A stretch of DNA of 26,501 nt from a virus. Taxonomy: Duplodnaviria; Heunggongvirae; Uroviricota; Caudoviricetes. The number at the start of each line of letters is the position of its first letter. The first letter of the stretch is position 1. Positions 8,225 through 16,476 of the stretch are shown here, piece by piece. The stretch is taken from the IMG/VR virus record IMGVR_UViG_2698536418_000022; one strand, written 5' to 3'. The translations under genes and the position numbers were made by a program. The notes under the pieces were generated by a model. The model was not told the DNA's origin and did no database searches. It worked only from the letters and a program-made list of their open reading frames with translations.

Positions 8225-9025
8225 TTAACCGCGCTTCGCCTTCTGCGTCGCGGTGGTTTTTCGTGTTGCAGGCTTCCGCGTTGTCTTTTTACTTTTGCTG
8301 CTTTCGTCCTGCGCCTGCGGTGTGCTGGCATCTTCTGGTGCGGCTGCGGAATCGGCTTTTTTCAGGGCGCGGGAAAGGGTTGCAATCTCGCGTTTCACAC
8401 CTGCGTTCGGGTTCAGGTGCATCGCTTCGCGCAGCAGCTTCAGTGATGAGGCCATGCTGTCCGCATCGGTCAGGCCACGGCGGGCAAAGGCGCACGCTTT
8501 GCATAATTTGGCGCGCACTTCGTCCGGCATGTCCTGGTCGGTGACAATCTCCCGGAGGGTGTCCAGTGGTTCGATAAAGGCGGACAAATCCGCGTCGGCA
8601 TCCGTCCCGGCCTGCGTCAGTACCGGATTACAGATTTCTTCGGTCAGTACCGTGGCAGCAGTACGGCCAAAGTTATCCGGCATGATGAGGTTGTGATGGA
8701 CCACATACGCGCCGATACGCAGCGCAAGCGGAAGATCGCCACAGTCAATCGCCCACACCATCAGCGTGGCAATCACTTCATCCTGCTGCCCGCCGTCAGC
8801 CTCCAGCGTTCCCTCAATCCAGCCGGAAAAATCCGGCAACAACTCTTTTTTGATGGCGGCTTTCGCGCTTCTGGCCTGTACGCCCTTAAGCCGGGCCTGT
8901 GCCAGACGCAGACGATACAGCACCTCTTCATGCGCGGTACGCGCGGCATGGTCCACGCCTTCATTCGCCCGGCCTGCGCGCTGTGCCATCACGTTCTGCC
9001 AGTGTTGCTGTGCAGGAGTAATCAT
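8225..9025 (-). CDS. terminase endonuclease (small) subunit (P2 gpM-like)
   Basis: 266 aa, ATG at 9023-9025 with GGAG RBS; basic C-terminal tail; position downstream of capsid gene. Confidence 0.85.
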   Translation of the reverse strand: MITPAQQHWQNVMAQRAGRANEGVDHAARTAHEEVLYRLRLAQARLKGVQARSAKAAIKKELLPDFSGWIEGTLEADGGQQDEVIATLMVWAIDCGDLPLALRIGAYVVHHNLIMPDNFGRTAATVLTEEICNPVLTQAGTDADADLSAFIEPLDTLREIVTDQDMPDEVRAKLCKACAFARRGLTDADSMASSLKLLREAMHLNPNAGVKREIATLSRALKKADSAAAPEDASTPQAQDESSKSKKTTRKPATRKTTATQKAKRG

Positions 9026-9042
9026 TTTTTCTCTCCGTTACA

Positions 9043-9061
9043 GGCGGGCATGATGCCCGCC
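9043..9061 (-). other. perfect palindrome GGCGGGCAT-g-ATGCCCGCC between capsid and small terminase genes
   Basis: 19 bp hairpin-forming palindrome in the 45 bp N-M intercistronic gap, with no adjacent U-tract. Confidence 0.5.
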
Positions 9062-9070
9062 GTGAGTTGA

Positions 9071-10123
9071 TTAGCTGTCGGCGAACTTCAGGCCAGTGAC
9101 CATCGCGCACTTGCCATAGTCTTCAACGACATAAGCGTCATTGATGGACTGGTAGGTGGCGATGCGGTTGTATTCCGGTTCGTCTTTCATCAGACGACGC
9201 ATTGAACCTTTCTGCCAGTAAATCGACAGGTTGTTGAACGAGGTGATCAGCATCGTTGCATCCGGGAAGAACGGCGCAAGGAACACGCCCAGCCCGCCAA
9301 TGGTGCGCGATGACAGAATGAGCTGCCCGGCGAGTAATTCCGCATTAGGATTCTGGCCGCTGATGCTGTTCAGCACGGGCAGACGCAGCGAGTTAAACAG
9401 GTTGCGCCCCATAATCACCACGAGGTCGTCAGCTTCCTTGTGCCATTCATCCAGCAGGGATGAGCGCGCGTCCTGTACCAGTGCATCAGCGTTCGCATAC
9501 TTACCCGCGTGCGCCACGGTGTTGTCCATGTTACGGGAGGTCAGCGTCACGTCATTCATAACGCGTTCGCTGGCGTCGGTTCTGATGTGCTCCAGCCACC
9601 CCACGTTAACGTCCTGAAGCAACTTGTTGGTGCTGAAGTTGGACTCATCCGCGTGAGACGTGCCGTTGAAACCGATCATGATGCGGTCAAGTGCCACCTG
9701 TCGGGCAATCTGTGCGCTGATGTGGGACTGAAAATCAGGGTGTGCCGCCCAGGCATCAAGCTGCGGATATGAAATAAACGTGTCGTAGTTCACCTGTTCG
9801 CACTGGTATTTGCGGTTTTTCAGATCAACCACATTATTCGGGTTACGGCGTTTTGTGCCGTCATAACTGGTATTCGTGCGCGCAATCGGCCCGGTGGTAT
9901 CCAGGAGGATTTTTTCGCCTTTCTGGTCGGTCACGCCGATCACGTTAATTCTTTTTGTAAATTCGGTGCTTTCCTTTGAGGCGTTTTCAAAACGCTGCTG
10001 TACCGAGGGTTCCACGGTAAATCGCGATACCAGTGCGGAAACCGGGATATTGTTAAGCGACGCCTGCTGCGCCATATAGCAACCCAGCTTGTTGCGGGTA
10101 ATATCTGACATCACCAGATTCAT
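9071..10123 (-). CDS. major capsid protein (P2 gpN-like)
   Basis: 350 aa; FTVEPSV and downstream blocks match recalled P2 gpN. ATG at 10121-10123 (alternative ATG at 10109-10111). Confidence 0.9.
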   Translation of the reverse strand: MNLVMSDITRNKLGCYMAQQASLNNIPVSALVSRFTVEPSVQQRFENASKESTEFTKRINVIGVTDQKGEKILLDTTGPIARTNTSYDGTKRRNPNNVVDLKNRKYQCEQVNYDTFISYPQLDAWAAHPDFQSHISAQIARQVALDRIMIGFNGTSHADESNFSTNKLLQDVNVGWLEHIRTDASERVMNDVTLTSRNMDNTVAHAGKYANADALVQDARSSLLDEWHKEADDLVVIMGRNLFNSLRLPVLNSISGQNPNAELLAGQLILSSRTIGGLGVFLAPFFPDATMLITSFNNLSIYWQKGSMRRLMKDEPEYNRIATYQSINDAYVVEDYGKCAMVTGLKFADS

Positions 10124-10146
10124 AAAAAATTTGCTCCTTTGTCTTA

Positions 10147-10983
10147 TCAGAAGTCAGCCAGCTGCTCGGAGGCTGCGCCCGTTGCGGTGAACCGGTTCTG
10201 CGGATCGCCGTCCTGCGTGCGCAGTTTTTCCTTCAGTGCTGTCAGCTCTGTGGTCAGTGACGTGATTTTCTGGCGGTCCTGCTGATGGCGGGTTTCCAGC
10301 ACATTAAAACGGTCGATAATGTCGGCCTGTGACGTTGCGACGCCTTCCACCGCTTCCTGAATACGGGAAAAACTGGCGTCATCCGCTTTGCGGCCACGAC
10401 CAATAATCCCCATTACGCGGTTAAACCACTGGGTGCCTTCTTCCTGGCGTTGTTCTGCCATTTCGATGATTTCAGACTCGATGGCTTCGGAGATAAGCGG
10501 TGCTTCACCCTGGATACTGTTGAACGTCATCACCGCCTGACGTTGCTGTGCCGTGAATTTCAGGCGCTCAGTGCCCAGGCTTGCCGGGGTGTCGGTCATC
10601 GCCAGCCCGACCAGATAGGCGCGCCCGTTAACGGAGAACTGCGGGTGCAGTTCGATACTGGAATAGATTTTCTTGCCGTCAGCGACAAGCTGCTTCATGC
10701 GCTCGGTCGGTTCGATTTCTGCATACAGCGCAGTACGTCCGGCCAGCGGGCCTTCCGTAATATCTTCCGTACTCAGTGCGGTGACATCGCCCATTGCGGA
10801 AAATTCGCTTGACGGGCATGGCGAGAGATAGTGCTCAACGTTCACGCGGGCAGCGTAAACATCCGGGTTGAAGTTCTCGGCGGCTTCACGCAGATGTACC
10901 GGGCTGATTTCGCGGCCATCAACAGTTGATCCGGAGACAGCCACGCGAAACTTTTTGCGGGATGTCTTTTTTTCATTAGCCAT
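10147..10983 (-). CDS. capsid scaffolding protein (P2 gpO-like)
   Basis: Start at ATG 10981-10983 (MANEKKTSRKKFRVAVSG...) aligns with the recalled P2 gpO N-terminus and has a GAGGGG RBS; the upstream ATG at 11016 lacks one. Confidence 0.85.
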   Translation of the reverse strand: MANEKKTSRKKFRVAVSGSTVDGREISPVHLREAAENFNPDVYAARVNVEHYLSPCPSSEFSAMGDVTALSTEDITEGPLAGRTALYAEIEPTERMKQLVADGKKIYSSIELHPQFSVNGRAYLVGLAMTDTPASLGTERLKFTAQQRQAVMTFNSIQGEAPLISEAIESEIIEMAEQRQEEGTQWFNRVMGIIGRGRKADDASFSRIQEAVEGVATSQADIIDRFNVLETRHQQDRQKITSLTTELTALKEKLRTQDGDPQNRFTATGAASEQLADF

Positions 10984-11016
10984 AGTTTTTGCCCCTCTGA
11001 CTGGTTCTTCAGTCAT

Positions 11017-11137
11017 GATGGCAAAGCGTAACAGGCTGATACAAAGGGCTTTTGTTGTAAGAAAACGGCCAGAACAGGGGGTTAAGGAGAACGGTTTCGC
11101 GCGCGGGTAATCTTCCTGTAATTACTCAGGGGGAGCA
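11017..11137. promoter_or_regulatory. divergent late promoter region between scaffold (minus) and terminase (plus) operons
   Basis: 121 bp intergenic between divergent late operons, as for P2 PO/PP. Contains ACAAAGGGCTTTTGT and TGT...ACA dyads, but not the exact TGT-N12-ACA spacing. Confidence 0.35.
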
Positions 11138-12889
11138 ATGATTCAGGACGCTTTTGTGCGCCAGCGTGCGCGGCAACTTTACTGGCAGGGTTATCCGCCC
11201 GCAGAAATATCACGTCTGATGGGAATAAACCCGAACACGGTTTATGCGTGGAAAAAACGCGACCAGTGGGATGAAACGCCACCCGTGCAGCGTGTCACGC
11301 AGTCCATCGATGCGCGCCTCATCCAGCTTACTGAAAAACAGAATAAAACAGGCGGTGACTTTAAGGAAATAGACCTGCTGACCCGGCAGCTTAAAAAGCT
11401 GCATGATGGCCAGCCGGATGTGATGGCCGCAGGAAAGAAAGGCCGGGCGAAAAAACTCAAAAATCATTTCACGCCGGAACAGATTGCCGCACTGCGGGAA
11501 AAAATCATCAGCAGGCTGGAGTGGCATCAGCGGGGCTGGTTTGACTCCCTGACACTTTGCAAGGAAGCCGGGATACGTAACAGGATGATCCTGAAATCCC
11601 GACAGATTGGGGCGACCTGGTATTTTGCACAGGAAGCTCTGCTGATGGCGCTGCGTGACGATGTGGCGCAACCTTACCAGCGTAACCAGATTTTTTTGTC
11701 TGCGTCGCGTCGTCAGGCGTTCCAGTTCAAAAGCATTATTCAGAAGGCCGCGGCTGAAGTTGATGTGGAGCTGAAAGGGGGCGATAAAATCATCCTCTCC
11801 AACGGTGCAGAGCTGCATTTTCTCGGCACTTCTGCTGCGTCGGCACAGTCCTATACGGGCAATTTTTATTTTGATGAATTTTTCTGGGTCAGTCGCTTTG
11901 CTGAACTGCGCAAGGTGGCTGGCGCTATGGCAACCCTCAGCGGACTGCGGCGCACCTACTTCTCCACGCCATCCACCGAAACGCACGAGGCATACGCCTA
12001 CTGGAACGGCGACCGCTGGAACGAGAAAAAGGCCACGCATAAACGCCAGCGTTTTTCTGTGGACTGGAAAACGCTGCATAACGGGCTTATCTGCCCTGAC
12101 CGGACGTGGCGGCAAATTGTCACGCTGGAAGATGTGGTTAATCACGGCTGGAAACACACCGATATTGACGAAATTCGTGATGAAAACACCGAAGACGAGT
12201 TCCGCAATCTCTATATGTGTGAGTTTGTCCGCGAAGGGGAATCGGCATTTAACCTGAATATCCTGATTGGCTGCGGTGTTGACGGATACGACGACTGGAA
12301 AGACTGGAAACCTTTTGCTCCCCGCCCGATGGGGAATCGTCCGGTATGGATTGGGTATGACGCAAACGGCAGCAGTGGCAACGGCGACAGCGGCGCTGTG
12401 TCCGTGGTGGTTCCTCCGGCTGTTCCTGGTGGCCGTTTTCGAACGGTGGAGACGCGACGCGTTCAGGGGCTGGAGTTTGAAGAACAGGCCAGAGTCATTG
12501 AAGAGTTCACGTGTCGCTACAACGTGGAACACATCGGCATTGATGTGACGGGCGGGAACGGGGAGGCTGTTTATCAGATAGTGAAACGGTTTTTCCCTGC
12601 TGCTATTCCGTACACCTTCACGCTGTCATCAAAACGGTCGCTGGTACTGAAAATGCTGCAAATAATGCGTGCCGGGCGGTGGGAATACGATCGCGCCGAA
12701 CGCGAGCTGGTCGCGGCCTTTAACGCCGTGCGTAAGGTGAAAACACCGGGCGGTTTTATCACTTACGAAACGGACCGTGCGAGGGGGATCAGCCACGGCG
12801 ACCTTGCGTGGGCAACCATGCTTGCTGTCATTAACGAACCAATTGGCGGCGAAGGGGAAAACGAGCGTTTTACGGTTATGGAGTTCTGA
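11138..12889 (+). CDS. terminase ATPase (large) subunit (P2 gpP-like)
   Basis: 583 aa, ATG at 11138 with GGGGGAG RBS. Confidence 0.9.
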   Translation: MIQDAFVRQRARQLYWQGYPPAEISRLMGINPNTVYAWKKRDQWDETPPVQRVTQSIDARLIQLTEKQNKTGGDFKEIDLLTRQLKKLHDGQPDVMAAGKKGRAKKLKNHFTPEQIAALREKIISRLEWHQRGWFDSLTLCKEAGIRNRMILKSRQIGATWYFAQEALLMALRDDVAQPYQRNQIFLSASRRQAFQFKSIIQKAAAEVDVELKGGDKIILSNGAELHFLGTSAASAQSYTGNFYFDEFFWVSRFAELRKVAGAMATLSGLRRTYFSTPSTETHEAYAYWNGDRWNEKKATHKRQRFSVDWKTLHNGLICPDRTWRQIVTLEDVVNHGWKHTDIDEIRDENTEDEFRNLYMCEFVREGESAFNLNILIGCGVDGYDDWKDWKPFAPRPMGNRPVWIGYDANGSSGNGDSGAVSVVVPPAVPGGRFRTVETRRVQGLEFEEQARVIEEFTCRYNVEHIGIDVTGGNGEAVYQIVKRFFPAAIPYTFTLSSKRSLVLKMLQIMRAGRWEYDRAERELVAAFNAVRKVKTPGGFITYETDRARGISHGDLAWATMLAVINEPIGGEGENERFTVMEF

Positions 12890-13935
12890 TGAGCAGAAAA
12901 AATAAAAAAGTGCGCATGAGTTCACGCATTGATCTCGCTGATGCGCTCAGGAAAGAATCGTCGCTCAGTGCATTCACATTTGATGGTCCTTATCGCCTGA
13001 CCGGGCATGATTTGCTGGACAATATGTACTGTGCTGATAACGGGCGGTGGTATGAAACCCCGGTGGACTGGTACGGTCTGGCAAGAGCTGCCCGGCAAAC
13101 GTCCTGGCATCAGTCTGCGCTTTACTTTAAGCGCAATGTATTGCTCGGTTGCTATATTCCGCACCCGCTGCTTTCCCGGCAGGATTTCTCGGCGCTGGCG
13201 CTGGACTGGTTTGTGTTCGGTAACGCATTTCTTGAGCTTCGAAGCAATATGCTCGGCGAACCGCTTAAATTACGGCACGCCCTGGCGAAATACATGCGAC
13301 GCGGAAGCGATCTTGAATCATGGTGGTATGTTCAGGATGGCAAGGATGCGTTTCAGTTTCGCCCTGGCAAAGTGTGCCACCTGATGAATCCGGACATTAA
13401 CCAGGAAATTTACGGCATGCCGGAATATCTTGGCGCATTACTCTCGGCCAGCCTGTCTCATTCGGCGGACATGTTCAGAAAACTGTATTACGACAATGGA
13501 TCCCACGCCGGGTGCATCATCTATATCGGTGCAGCGCAGGTAAACCGCGAAAGCATGGACTCCCTGAAAGAAACGTTACAGGGTGCGCGTGGTGGTGGTG
13601 CGTTTAAAAACGTGCTCATCCATGCGCCCAACGGGGGCAAAGAGGGGGTGCAAATTTTGCCGTTCCAGCAGATCACCGCAAAAGATGAGTTCATGAATGT
13701 TAAGGCGGCATCCCGTGATGATGTGCTGGCTGCGCACCGTGTTCCACCGCAACTGATGGGGGCGATGCCGGGCGAAAAAAGTGCGTTTGGTGATGTGGAG
13801 AAGGCCGCGCGGGTTTACGCAATTAACGAGCTGATGCCCGTCATGGAGGCCATGAAGCACATCAATGACTGGCTTGGCGAAGAGGTGATCCGCTTTAACC
13901 CTTACGCACTGTTAGATACCCAGCCCACATCCTGA
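12889..13935 (+). CDS. portal protein (P2 gpQ-like)
   Basis: 348 aa, ATG overlapping the P stop by 1 nt (TGATG). Confidence 0.9.
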   Translation: MSRKNKKVRMSSRIDLADALRKESSLSAFTFDGPYRLTGHDLLDNMYCADNGRWYETPVDWYGLARAARQTSWHQSALYFKRNVLLGCYIPHPLLSRQDFSALALDWFVFGNAFLELRSNMLGEPLKLRHALAKYMRRGSDLESWWYVQDGKDAFQFRPGKVCHLMNPDINQEIYGMPEYLGALLSASLSHSADMFRKLYYDNGSHAGCIIYIGAAQVNRESMDSLKETLQGARGGGAFKNVLIHAPNGGKEGVQILPFQQITAKDEFMNVKAASRDDVLAAHRVPPQLMGAMPGEKSAFGDVEKAARVYAINELMPVMEAMKHINDWLGEEVIRFNPYALLDTQPTS

Positions 13936-13962
13936 CGCGCTTCGCTTGTCTGCTGCTTCGCC

Positions 13963-13985
13963 GGGGCATAAAAAATTTATGCCCC
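13963..13985 (+). other. hairpin GGGGCATAAA-aaa-TTTATGCCCC just downstream of portal gene
   Basis: 10 bp perfect stem 28 bp after the Q stop, no clear U-tract; possible terminator or cos-region structure. Confidence 0.4.
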
Positions 13986-14360
13986 GACTCTCCAGCTCCT
14001 GTATCAGTCAGATAATTTCACGACGCTTTCCTGCTTATTGCCATCATCGACGGTCAGATTCTTACGCAATCCCACTGCGCTGACTGCATGTTCTCGCCGC
14101 CTCAGTGCGATTTTGACGGCCTTACCTTTCACCCCATCAAACCAGAATCCCTCACGTATTTTTCACGCTCAGCGTGAGAAATACGGCCATTCTGTCGTGT
14201 CGCTGCGACATCGTTAAGGGAACGCTATTTACCCCCCTGAAACGCGGGCTGTTCCCCCGTCACCTGCGCGCAGAAAAAACGCGTTTTTTTGTGCACGTAC
14301 GGATCCTTGACGGATCCAGCCACCACGCGGGCCGGAAGTACAAAAAGTCGTTCAAAAAAA

Positions 14361-14390
14361 TTGTGCAAACTTGTGCACTATCGTGCAAAC
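14361..14390. repeat. three 10-bp-phased copies of TGTGCA(A/C) (TTGTGCAAAC / TTGTGCACTA / TCGTGCAAAC)
   Basis: Direct inspection; helically phased short repeats in the cos-proximal intergenic region. Confidence 0.5.
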
Positions 14391-14413
14391 AAAAAAAGCG
14401 CCTTATCGGCGCT
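14385..14413 (-). terminator. rho-independent terminator for the minus-strand small gene ending at 14423
   Basis: On the minus strand: stem AGCGCC / GGCGCT with a 5 nt loop, followed by TTTTTTTGTTT. Confidence 0.7.
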
Positions 14414-14422
14414 TCAAAAGTA

Positions 14423-14692
14423 TCAATTGTTGCTGTTTATTAATCGCCAACCACGAACATATGCTTCATAGGCATCTCTGTGCCTTACAGTTCCAGCCTG
14501 GCTAAACGGAATGTTAGCTAAAACTAAATCATTCTGAGCCATAGCGCGTCCTTCAAGCGCATCTTTTATGCCTAGCTCAAAAGCACAGGCAGCGCATTTG
14601 TGCCGACCTTCTTGTCCTTGATATTCAGGGAGAGACAGAAATGTTGGATTATAACGATGAGGGTTCTTGCAAATACCTGTTTTAGCCCGCAC
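14423..14692 (-). CDS. hypothetical small protein (89 aa if GTG start at 14692; 39 aa if ATG at 14542)
   Basis: ORF followed by a strong terminator. Contains C/H-rich segment (CKNPH...HKCAAC). No confident family assignment from sequence alone. Confidence 0.35.
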   Translation of the reverse strand: MRAKTGICKNPHRYNPTFLSLPEYQGQEGRHKCAACAFELGIKDALEGRAMAQNDLVLANIPFSQAGTVRHRDAYEAYVRGWRLINSNN

Positions 14693-14715
14693 TTTATTTA
14701 CCTCATAGGAAAAAT

Positions 14716-14802
14716 ATGCGTGCCTTTACAGAGGTGCGTGTAAGCAATAAAATATACGACGCACATTTTGATTTACTTCGGAAGGCACGCATATCAGGTT
14801 AA
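14716..14802 (+). CDS. candidate 28-aa small ORF (MRAFTEVRVSNKIYDAHFDLLRKARISG); may instead be a small RNA
   Basis: ATG at 14716 with AGGA 6 nt upstream, followed 20 nt downstream by a strong plus-strand terminator. Internal inverted repeat GCGTGCCTT / AAGGCACGC. Confidence 0.3.
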   Translation: MRAFTEVRVSNKIYDAHFDLLRKARISG

Positions 14803-14821
14803 GTGAGTCCGACCGAGTTTT

Positions 14822-14856
14822 ACGCCCCAATAGTTGCTGCTATTGGGGCGTTTTGC
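14822..14856 (+). terminator. rho-independent terminator (plus strand)
   Basis: Stem CGCCCCAATAG / CTATTGGGGCG (11 bp) with a 6 nt loop, followed by TTTT. Confidence 0.7.
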
Positions 14857-15056
14857 ATGGACAATGCCGCGCAATTATCTTGTCGCTCACAATGCGAACG
14901 ATCTTACAAAAAGGCACATTACTGTCAAGATAATTGATCGTTTTAATCGATAGATAATAGACAATCTATTTGTTTAACAGATCGATTATTGAAGTAAGTG
15001 TGCCAAATGGAATGATACTGTCTCTATAAACGTGAGCATTTTTCGCGCAGATGCTT

Positions 15057-15368
15057 TTACTCAGGAAATAACGCCCGGATATTCCCAGCCATCTGGCTGG
15101 TTATCTTAGCCACTGGTGCAGACTGTGCTTCAAACTTTTTTGAGCTGATTTGTGTCACAGGTAACATCTCATCATCAGCCCATGCGGCCAGTCGGTAAGC
15201 CTCTGCCGGATTCGTCTTCAGAAGTGCCAGCCCGGCCAGAAAAGCCACGCGTTGGCCGCTTTTGCGGGCTTCTGGTGTAAGGCTGTCCAGCCAGGCGCAT
15301 GCTTCTCCTTCGTTCTTGACGGCGGCGGGCTTCAGATAGAAACTTATCCGTCTGGTTGGTGTCGTCAT
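15057..15368 (-). CDS. parR: ParR-like centromere-binding adaptor (type II partition)
   Basis: Start placed at ATG 15366-15368, 4 nt after the parM stop with AAGGAG RBS. N-terminal RRISFYLKP...VAFLAGLALL and C-terminal IRALFP resemble recalled plasmid R1 ParR (RRTIAFKLNP...LTAGLALY...LRSLFP). Confidence 0.7.
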   Translation of the reverse strand: MTTPTRRISFYLKPAAVKNEGEACAWLDSLTPEARKSGQRVAFLAGLALLKTNPAEAYRLAAWADDEMLPVTQISSKKFEAQSAPVAKITSQMAGNIRALFPE

Positions 15369-15372
15369 TGGT

Positions 15373-16332
15373 TTACTCCTTGTCCATTGCGTACAGCCCA
15401 TTAACCAGAGCAAACTGTGGCACCCCGTCCGCGATGAAAGTCGCATTAACTCCGCAGGCTTCGCGGATAGCGGGTGCCACAATCTCCGCCCCGCCACCGA
15501 CAACCATCACCCGCCCGTAACCCGAAAAAACCGCCAGCGCGCGGATCACGCGTTGTTTCAGTGTTTCTTCCTTTTCACGAATAACCGCCATCAGGCTGGC
15601 GTAATGCGCGTCATTGTGGATGTGCTGGCGCAGCCAGGCTTCATTATGGCGATGTTCGATAATGGTATTGGCGATGTGGTGACTGGTGCGCATACCGTTA
15701 GTGGCCATCACCGACAGTACGGCATCGGCCATAAGAGAAACGCCTACGTGTGGATCGCAAAACACCTGGCTGATACCTGCCAGTTGCCCCTGAACCTTTG
15801 CCACATCCAGCGTGGTTCCGCCCAAATCCACAATCAGCAGGGATTCAAACGGACTCATGTCAGCCAGTGCTTTAAAGCCAGCCGGAATGGATTCAGGCAT
15901 AACCCGTACGTTACGGATAGTGAATGCTTCGCCGTTCTGGTACTCCACCGGGCGCATGACGTTCGCTTTTTTGCGGTTGATGTTGGCCATGTCCGGCTGT
16001 GCGTTTGTGTCGAAATATTCGCTCAGTGGCAGGGTAACAACCACATCCACTTCCTGTGGCGTGATGTCTGATTTGACCAGCGCGTGATGAATGGCAATGA
16101 CATTCACATCGCTGTACTGGTATTGCGTGTCGGTCGTCTGGACAAAGCGATCGCTGACCGGATCAAAACCATAGCGCACGCCATCAAGCATGTAGTTAGC
16201 AGGCTGCGAGCCACCGAACGGCGCAGACCATTCCGACTTGAAGCTGTTCGGGCTGATGGCGTTGCGGCGTTCGCCGTTCTCAGTCCATGCCAGCTTGATG
16301 TTGGTGGAGCCGTCGTCGATGTAAATTTTCAT
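15373..16332 (-). CDS. parM: ParM/StbA-like actin-family segregation ATPase
   Basis: 319 aa. IDDGSTNIKL, ISPNSFK, YSDVNVIAIHHAL, VMPESIPAG, SLLIVDLGGTTLD, FSGYGRVMVVGGGAE blocks are near-collinear with recalled plasmid R1 ParM. ATG at 16330-16332 with AAGGA RBS. Confidence 0.85.
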   Translation of the reverse strand: MKIYIDDGSTNIKLAWTENGERRNAISPNSFKSEWSAPFGGSQPANYMLDGVRYGFDPVSDRFVQTTDTQYQYSDVNVIAIHHALVKSDITPQEVDVVVTLPLSEYFDTNAQPDMANINRKKANVMRPVEYQNGEAFTIRNVRVMPESIPAGFKALADMSPFESLLIVDLGGTTLDVAKVQGQLAGISQVFCDPHVGVSLMADAVLSVMATNGMRTSHHIANTIIEHRHNEAWLRQHIHNDAHYASLMAVIREKEETLKQRVIRALAVFSGYGRVMVVGGGAEIVAPAIREACGVNATFIADGVPQFALVNGLYAMDKE

Positions 16333-16363
16333 GTCGGTTTTCCTTATGTTGATTAATTAATCG

Positions 16364-16476
16364 TTTACGGGATTCTGAAATCCCGTTTTTGCCTGTTTTG
16401 TGCGCGCCTCATATATCGCTGCGCGTTTTTTGCTCATTTACGGGATTCGTGAGTCCCGTTTCTGTCTGTTTTTTGT
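16364..16476. repeat. two ~39 bp direct repeats (74 bp apart), each with an ACGGGATT...AATCCCGT-type palindrome and a T-rich tail; candidate parC-like centromere/promoter
   Basis: Copy 1 at 16364-16402 is intergenic upstream of parM. Copy 2 at 16438-16476 overlaps the 3' end of gene A. About 80 percent identical. Confidence 0.5.

Noticed and set aside
11017-11137. Canonical Ogr/Delta activator site (TGT-N12-ACA) in the divergent late promoter region
   Set aside because: TGT and ACA triplets are present, but at 15-18 bp spacing rather than 12, so no specific site was called.
11210-12532. 440-aa minus-strand ORF entirely inside the terminase large-subunit gene
   Set aside because: Antisense shadow ORF of a confidently identified gene; low-complexity translation with no start context. 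Non-ATG starts in the track inflate such ORFs.
13936-14420. Exact P2 or 186 19-nt cohesive-end sequence
   Set aside because: Only partial resemblance (for example CACTGCGCTGAC near 14084) to my recollection of the P2 end region; not enough to annotate cos coordinates.
14174-14471. Plus-strand ORFs of 89 and 60 aa in the cos-proximal region
   Set aside because: Lysine/arginine-rich translations of AT-rich DNA with no RBS; they overlap a well-formed minus-strand terminator and the TGTGCA repeats.
15553-16071. 172-aa plus-strand ORF inside parM
   Set aside because: Antisense to a ParM reading frame with clear family motifs.
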